Part shown: positions 58,699 to 64,000 of the stretch, piece by piece
Layout: each line of letters begins with the position of its first letter
How positions within the stretch are numbered: position 1 is the stretch's first letter
From: a virus
Direction: 5' to 3' (one strand)
IMG/VR virus record: IMGVR_UViG_3300009152_000046
Location: 2,425 to 66,424 of that record
DNA length: 64,000 nt
Notes under the pieces: model-generated
Told to the model about the DNA's origin: nothing
The model's database searches: none
What the model saw: the letters and a program-made list of their open reading frames with translations, nothing else
Translations under genes and position numbers: made by a program

Positions 58699-60366
58699 AT
58701 GGCACGTACTAAAATTTTTAGACGTTCAAGCGACGCTCGCTTGTCAAACACTTGGAAGCCTGTTCTTGAAGGATACGGAGCAGATATGTCGAAGACTCCA
58801 TGGTTAGCTGAGTACGCTCACAACCACGCGATTTTCGATAATACTACACCATTATTCGAACAAGCAACTCCAGGATTATTTTTCCAACAACCATCTTCTT
58901 TAGGCGGTTATATGGGAGCACCAACTGCACCAACTTCTGGACAAACTCCATTTTCAATGGGTGCAAAAAATTCTTACTCAGATTCTGGATCTGGTGACAA
59001 ATTCCCTTCACTTTTACCTGTAGCTATCCAAGTTGCAGCTAAAACAATCGGATTTGACTTAGTACCAGTAATTCCAATGGATTCTCCAGTAGGTTTCTTA
59101 CCGTACTTAGATTACGTTTATGCAGGTGGTCGTACAGACAACCCTAACGGTAATGGGAATAACTTTGATCCTTATTTGATTAAGGTTGAAGGTCTTACTT
59201 ACAATGAATTTCCAAGTGCAACCTCTGGTGATACTGTAAATGGTGCTGCTGACTTTACTGCAGAATTCGTAGGATTCTCTCGTATCGATGGTAATGTAAT
59301 CATTAAAGTAAAAACAGATATTTCAACTGCAGGTGAAGGTTTCGTATCGGATAACGTACTTGGTTTCCTTGCTCCACTTACTATTAATGGTGACGGTCCA
59401 TTTACAGGTACCGCAGTATCTTTAGTTTCTGCACTAGAAAACCACATCTCTGGTTTCACTTCAGTATCTGATGCTGATTATGCTACTACAGACTTCAATG
59501 GTCCATACTTACCAACTACTGGTACTGTACCGGGATCTATGAAGAGAGATAAAGCTGAGCTTTCTAAATTCCGTCAAATGGGATTAAGAATGTTCACTAA
59601 ATTCGTAGAAGCAGAAGGTGACCAAGTGTCTATCTCTGCAACTGTAGAACAAATCCAAGATTTGAACCGTGTATGGAATTATGACGTAATCTCTATGTTA
59701 GAGAACGTTGCAGTTAACGACATCGCTCAATCTATCAACAAGCGTTTAGTTGACAGAGTATTAACTCTTGCGGCTACTCACTCTACTGAAGTAGCATTAG
59801 TTGAAGGTGCAGGTATCACTAACCTAGACCTTACTGCTGGTGGTGGTGGATTCGAAAACGTTTCTACATTACAACGTCGATTAGCGACTAAAGTTCTTGA
59901 AATGGCTAACTTGATTTATCATAGAGGTCGTTTCGGAGCAGCTACCTTCATGGTAACTAACGGTCGTATCGCTTCTGCTCTTGCAGACGTTGCTGGTTAC
60001 TCAATTGCTCAAGTTCCAACCGATATGGCTGGAGTAGCAGGTAACCTTTACCCAGCTGGTAAAGTTTACGGAGTACAAGTATACGTAGATCCTAACATGC
60101 GTTGGGGAGATAACCGTGTAGTATTAGGCCGTAAAGGTGCTGATGAAGAACCAGGTATCAAATTCATGCCGTATATCATGGCTGAGTCTTTACAAACAAT
60201 TGCAGAGGGTACATTCTCTCCAAAAATTGGTATGAAGTCTCGTTATGCTATCACAGAAGCAGGATGGCACCCAGAAACTCAATACATTAATATCGAGATC
60301 GATCCTAATGCTATTGGAGTTCTTACTGGAAGCACTGCTCCTGCTACATCATACGGTACGCTTTAA
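58699..60366 (+). CDS. gp23: major capsid protein (T4 gp23-like)
   Basis: LVPVIPMDSPVG, TVEQIQDL, VYVDP, FMPYI and FSPKIGMKSRYA motifs; strong codon bias. Confidence 0.92.
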   Translation: MARTKIFRRSSDARLSNTWKPVLEGYGADMSKTPWLAEYAHNHAIFDNTTPLFEQATPGLFFQQPSSLGGYMGAPTAPTSGQTPFSMGAKNSYSDSGSGDKFPSLLPVAIQVAAKTIGFDLVPVIPMDSPVGFLPYLDYVYAGGRTDNPNGNGNNFDPYLIKVEGLTYNEFPSATSGDTVNGAADFTAEFVGFSRIDGNVIIKVKTDISTAGEGFVSDNVLGFLAPLTINGDGPFTGTAVSLVSALENHISGFTSVSDADYATTDFNGPYLPTTGTVPGSMKRDKAELSKFRQMGLRMFTKFVEAEGDQVSISATVEQIQDLNRVWNYDVISMLENVAVNDIAQSINKRLVDRVLTLAATHSTEVALVEGAGITNLDLTAGGGGFENVSTLQRRLATKVLEMANLIYHRGRFGAATFMVTNGRIASALADVAGYSIAQVPTDMAGVAGNLYPAGKVYGVQVYVDPNMRWGDNRVVLGRKGADEEPGIKFMPYIMAESLQTIAEGTFSPKIGMKSRYAITEAGWHPETQYINIEIDPNAIGVLTGSTAPATSYGTL

Positions 60367-60387
60367 TTAATAGTTTACTAAATAAGA

Positions 60388-60417
60388 ATAGAGAGCCCGT
60401 AAGCTCTCTATTTTTTT
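60388..60417 (+). terminator. intrinsic terminator after the capsid gene
   Basis: ATAGAGAGC-ccgtaa-GCTCTCTATTTTTTT. Confidence 0.85.
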
Positions 60418-60426
60418 GTTATAAGG

Positions 60427-60604
60427 ATAAATAATAAAAATAACTCAAATAAATGGCATTTATTAATTGGGGGTCAGAGAGCCCAGAACAATTGGCAATA
60501 CGTCGCAGATTCGAAGAGCAGACGATGTACGAACAGATGGTTCAAATGGCACAAAGTAGAGCAGGTCAAGCTCCTGGTGCTGCTGGAGTAGCTGGCGGTG
60601 GCGG
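60427..60604 (+). repeat. dispersed ~180 bp repeat, copy 2
   Basis: Near-identical to 5652-5832. Confidence 0.9.
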
Positions 60605-61391
60605 GGATCCTTTAACTGGTCTATATGGAGTAGGAGCAGACGGTCTTATCTATAACTTAAATCGAGGAGAAGCAAATTGGCCTTATAATTTTGAGTCATT
60701 TTCTAACGTTACACAAATCACCTTAAACGGAGACGATGGGTTCCTATATGCAATAGTAGATTCTGGAGGCACTGTTGATTTTATAAGAATTGACAGGACA
60801 ACTAGAGAATTTACATTTATTGACAACGATATTTCAGATTATGCGATGAAGGGAGCCTCGTCTCTCTATTATGAAGGAGACGGTAAATTTATCTACCTAG
60901 ATAACCTATATAAAAAAGCAATTAGTAGTATTATTCGAATTGAACTAGACCCACTTTCACCAGAAGTAGCAACGGCAACTGAAGTTTCAGAAGTGGATGA
61001 AGGAGTAACTGGTTATATACTTAGAAACCTATTTCTCTATGAAGGAGTCACCTGGGCAGTTGCAATAGATACTGGGTCCCCAGTCTTTATTACTGGACCA
61101 TTTAATATTAATTCAGGCACGTTTGACTATTCTAATATATTAGCCCCTTCACCAAGTGAATCTAATATTAATATTGTATCAATCGAAACAGTACTTGGAG
61201 TAGTTGAGCATAATGGCGTCGTATATGTAGCCGCAGTATGGTTCGATCCTGAAGTTAATTACTATTTTGGGCTATTTAAAATGGACACGGACAACGGCGG
61301 AGCTGTCGCCCCATATTATTTGACCTTTGTTAAAGACTTAATTATCGCGGAAGCCGAGGACGTTCCGATCGTTTCAATCACTCGTTTCTAA
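60453..61391 (+). CDS. putative virion surface protein: shared N-terminal module plus beta-rich domain
   Basis: Same N-terminus as the 5678 ORF with an unrelated C-terminus. Confidence 0.6.
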   Translation: MAFINWGSESPEQLAIRRRFEEQTMYEQMVQMAQSRAGQAPGAAGVAGGGGDPLTGLYGVGADGLIYNLNRGEANWPYNFESFSNVTQITLNGDDGFLYAIVDSGGTVDFIRIDRTTREFTFIDNDISDYAMKGASSLYYEGDGKFIYLDNLYKKAISSIIRIELDPLSPEVATATEVSEVDEGVTGYILRNLFLYEGVTWAVAIDTGSPVFITGPFNINSGTFDYSNILAPSPSESNINIVSIETVLGVVEHNGVVYVAAVWFDPEVNYYFGLFKMDTDNGGAVAPYYLTFVKDLIIAEAEDVPIVSITRF

Positions 61392-61406
61392 AAAAAATTT
61401 AATTAT

Positions 61407-61739
61407 ATGAAATTGTGTATACTATGCGAAGACGCAAACATCACCGAGGCTCGCAAAACCTCAGCTGATGTTTTACCAAAATACGAATTTGCTGAGAGAT
61501 TACTTGAATTAAAAAAGAGGAAAGATCCTGAAGCGGCACTAGAACATTTAAAAATACCTCTTTCCCCAACTGGAGAGTTACCAGCAACCCATTGGTTTTG
61601 TTTCATCAACGTAAACGACACAACCTATCAAAAAATGCTGGAGTCTCAAAAGTATACCATTATTGAAGAGGCAGTACCGTCTGAGTTTTTAGCTAAACAT
61701 AACTTAAAGAAAATAAAAAGCTTTGGTCCAGGATTATAA
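61407..61739 (+). CDS. hypothetical protein
   Basis: 110-aa ORF. Confidence 0.6.
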   Translation: MKLCILCEDANITEARKTSADVLPKYEFAERLLELKKRKDPEAALEHLKIPLSPTGELPATHWFCFINVNDTTYQKMLESQKYTIIEEAVPSEFLAKHNLKKIKSFGPGL

Positions 61740-62346
61740 GTTACTCAAAGGATTTGTCAGTCGAAGCGAAACTGAAGAAATAAAGGCTTGGGTCGATAGT
61801 TTAACTATTGAGTCAGGTTCGCCGAATCATCACCTTAGTGAGTTGGCTAAAGCCATAAATGGAAAATCCATTATTTTTGATATTGCAGACACTAGCTATA
61901 CTAATTATATTACAAAATTTCAATCGATTTCGGCAGTCAAGAATGAGCCTGTCCCAGTGATCATTCTTAAGCTAATTGATAGAATTGCAGAAACTTTAAA
62001 GATTTCAAAAGATCATATCTTTCTACAGGCAGTAGACATGAATCGCGGCGGGCGGATTGCTCCGCACTATGACGCTTCAGTCGAAGGTTGTATCAATTAT
62101 AAGTGTAATCTAAGCGTACACTCAGAAGATTATACGATGCATATTGATAAAAATAATGTGCTAATTCAGGAGACTGATCTATACTGCTTTGAAGCATCTC
62201 TTTACAAACACTGGACTGATCCTTTTAAATCACGCAGAATATTTTTAAGTTTTGGTTTTATCTTAAAATACGAAGAGTTAGGGAGGACCGAACTGGATCC
62301 TAGAGTAAGGTTGAGCAAGCGTATAGAAAAGTACTTTCAAAAATAA
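61723..62346 (+). CDS. 2OG-Fe(II) oxygenase
   Basis: GGRIAPHYD (HxD), distal KHW and R..LSFG motifs. Confidence 0.75.
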   Translation: MVQDYKLLKGFVSRSETEEIKAWVDSLTIESGSPNHHLSELAKAINGKSIIFDIADTSYTNYITKFQSISAVKNEPVPVIILKLIDRIAETLKISKDHIFLQAVDMNRGGRIAPHYDASVEGCINYKCNLSVHSEDYTMHIDKNNVLIQETDLYCFEASLYKHWTDPFKSRRIFLSFGFILKYEELGRTELDPRVRLSKRIEKYFQK

Positions 62347-62349
62347 AAT

Positions 62350-62377
62350 AAAAAAGGACCAATTTGGTCCTTTTTTT
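62350..62377. terminator. bidirectional intrinsic terminator
   Basis: AAAAAAGGACCA-att-TGGTCCTTTTTTT. Confidence 0.85.
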
Positions 62378-62383
62378 ATATGG

Positions 62384-62580
62384 TGGGCATCCTTCAAAAG
62401 CCGTAAGATAAGTAGAATAATTAAATTGAATTTTGAACGAGTGAGGTTTGCTTTTTGAACTCTTGTGTCTTGAATTTTGAGAAAATCGCTATCTTAATCG
62501 TGCATCATTCTGTCAGAATTTGTATAGACGTGCAAGTCTGATATTATGCTACAGATAATACTTCTAGTGTCAGACGCCCA
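62384..62580 (-). ncRNA. candidate structured RNA with periodic CAA repeats
   Basis: Closing stem UGGGCGUCU/GGAUGCCCA; inner stem UAAGAUAG/UUAUCUUA encloses 8 CAA/CAC units. Confidence 0.55.
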
Positions 62581-62582
62581 TA

Positions 62583-63011
62583 TTAGATCTGGGTAGTATT
62601 ATTAAAATGATCCAATTTTTCTTGGATTGCATCCAATTGACCTTCGATTAGATCCATTTGCGAATCTTTCCACTTAATATCAAAGTGAGCTTCCATTTCT
62701 ACTGAATCGTCAGCATATCTGTCGCGAAACCGCCCGTTTGTCGTGTTTAAACTACGAACGTTATTGATTTTAGTCTTTAATTCAGAAAGAGTAAAGATTT
62801 GGTCTCTTACTGGAGCAGAAGCAGTATGAATCTTGGTTTTTAGCTCAATTAGAGAAGTAACCTCTGCATTATATTCTTCCCAAGTAGCCTCAAGATCGTA
62901 TGGCTTTTCTGCACCCTCAATTGATGAGTTATGTTGCGAAATACGGCTCCACAATTTTTGAATTTTAGAGACTTTTTTGTTCTTTTCTTTTAGTGCTTGT
63001 GCAATTGTCAT
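62583..63011 (-). CDS. all-helical coiled-coil protein, possibly DIP1984-like
   Basis: MTIAQALKEKNK...LIELKTKI...IQEKLDHFN..T; family resemblance is from memory only. Confidence 0.6.
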   Translation of the reverse strand: MTIAQALKEKNKKVSKIQKLWSRISQHNSSIEGAEKPYDLEATWEEYNAEVTSLIELKTKIHTASAPVRDQIFTLSELKTKINNVRSLNTTNGRFRDRYADDSVEMEAHFDIKWKDSQMDLIEGQLDAIQEKLDHFNNTTQI

Positions 63012-63292
63012 GACTTTTTTCTTTTATTTTTAGATGAGTTATAATTAAATCGTTCTTTGATTGGGGTAAGGTCTGATACTAGCACAATAATTGGGCAATA
63101 TCCATTATCTTCAGGATACTTTTGCCAGATTTCACGCATTCTGCGGCCGGCTTCACAATCTAAGATGAATAAACTGTCTTTTGCTGGGGTAGAAACTGCA
63201 TACTCGTTTACGAGCGGTTTCTTTGTTTGATCCACTTGTGCCGAAATTACTTCGCTGACCAACAATAACAAACTAGTGATTAGTATTTTCAT
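63008..63292 (-). CDS. hypothetical exported protein
   Basis: Signal-peptide-like MKILITSLLLLVSEVISAQ. Confidence 0.55.
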   Translation of the reverse strand: MKILITSLLLLVSEVISAQVDQTKKPLVNEYAVSTPAKDSLFILDCEAGRRMREIWQKYPEDNGYCPIIVLVSDLTPIKERFNYNSSKNKRKKS

Positions 63293-63555
63293 TTTACTAC
63301 TTCTTCGTAAGATTTCCACAATACTTGACTCATTCCTTCTGCTAAAGGTTCTTCTCCCTCTTCGGGTTCTACTGGAAATGCAAGTAAAATATTTCCATTA
63401 ATATCTTTTGCAACTGCCACGAAACCAAATCCTTCACAAATAATTGAGGTATAGTGTTCGTTCGGAAGACCGTCTGCGATTTCATGAATATCGAAATCTG
63501 ATCCTATTCCTGTTTCATCGTGGATTTCACACCACTGCTTAGAAAATTCTGCCAT
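63289..63555 (-). CDS. hypothetical protein
   Basis: 88 aa; AAACC-16-TATAAT promoter upstream. Confidence 0.65.
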   Translation of the reverse strand: MAEFSKQWCEIHDETGIGSDFDIHEIADGLPNEHYTSIICEGFGFVAVAKDINGNILLAFPVEPEEGEEPLAEGMSQVLWKSYEEVVK

Positions 63556-63602
63556 AGTTTTTGATTATTTGCTTAAATTATACAAAGAAAAGTTATAAGG
63601 TT

Positions 63603-64000
63603 TCACAAAAGGTGAGGTTTTGCCTCATTTATTCCAGCATTAGTAACTATTACATACTCTGGATAATATTCATGTAGGTTAGTTGCACCAGCATAGGAAA
63701 GCGCAGAACGAACTCCATCTAAAAGACCATTAACTATAAACTTAGTGCCACCTTTATATGGAATAACAGTAGACTCGCCCTCTACATTTCGAGCAGCTTG
63801 TCCGTGTGCAACTTTAGTTTCAAGCGAAGCAGAACCCCGATATCTCTTATATAGACCATTTGTTTTTTCAATAATTTGACCAGGAGATTCGTCAGTTCCC
63901 GCAAGTAAGGAACCTAACATTACACAATTTGCGCCGACTGCTAAGGCTTTTGCAATATCACCACTCGTTCTGACTCCTCCATCTGCCATTACGGGCACGA
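63603..64000 (-). CDS. IMP dehydrogenase/GMP reductase, C-terminal part (runs off the window)
   Basis: [39 protein letters not shown] and VEG motifs. Confidence 0.9.
   Translation of the reverse strand, partial: VPVMADGGVRTSGDIAKALAVGANCVMLGSLLAGTDESPGQIIEKTNGLYKRYRGSASLETKVAHGQAARNVEGESTVIPYKGGTKFIVNGLLDGVRSALSYAGATNLHEYYPEYVIVTNAGINEAKPHLL

Noticed and set aside
401-61621. Many short ORFs antisense to or nested in long genes (e.g. 401-643, 18799-19188, 24289-24756, 40015-40362, 59199-59459)
   Set aside because: Shadow ORFs of real genes, with no motifs or expression signals
1-64000. Alternative genetic code (stop-codon reassignment) as in some jumbo phages
   Set aside because: Core genes are full length and coding density is high under the standard code
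1-64000. CRISPR array, tRNA or rRNA genes
   Set aside because: No repeat-spacer array or cloverleaf recognised by eye; GGACTTAAATGTCC near 12069 resembles an anticodon arm but lacks D and T arms

Overview
This window is part of a large, AT-rich, T4-related (jumbo-type) myophage genome, read in the standard genetic code. The host is plausibly Bacteroidota, inferred from the lack of Shine-Dalgarno motifs and A-rich start contexts. Virion genes include portal, prohead protease/scaffold, major capsid, neck, head-completion and baseplate proteins. Replication genes include primase, the C-terminal half of a split family-B polymerase, UvsW and UvsY. There are also RNA-repair-like enzymes, a GIY-YIG endonuclease, PhoH, DnaJ, an IMPDH/GMP reductase and an ~11 kb nonulosonic-acid/glycosyltransferase island. 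Two promoter classes recur: ATAAATAA (late-type) and AAACY-N16/17-TATAAT-like. The most unusual signals are: (1) a structured ~200 nt 3' RNA displaying eight CAA-type triplets at 7-8 nt spacing behind a coiled-coil gene; (2) a gene flanked by two covarying attC-like hairpins; (3) an mRNA whose 5' and 3' ends are complementary; (4) an F-x-E-F-h-x-E tag on many late proteins that mirrors the 14-aa scaffold repeat; (5) a duplicated promoter plus N-terminal module fused to unrelated propeller-like domains. All product calls come from motif recognition by eye, without database searches.
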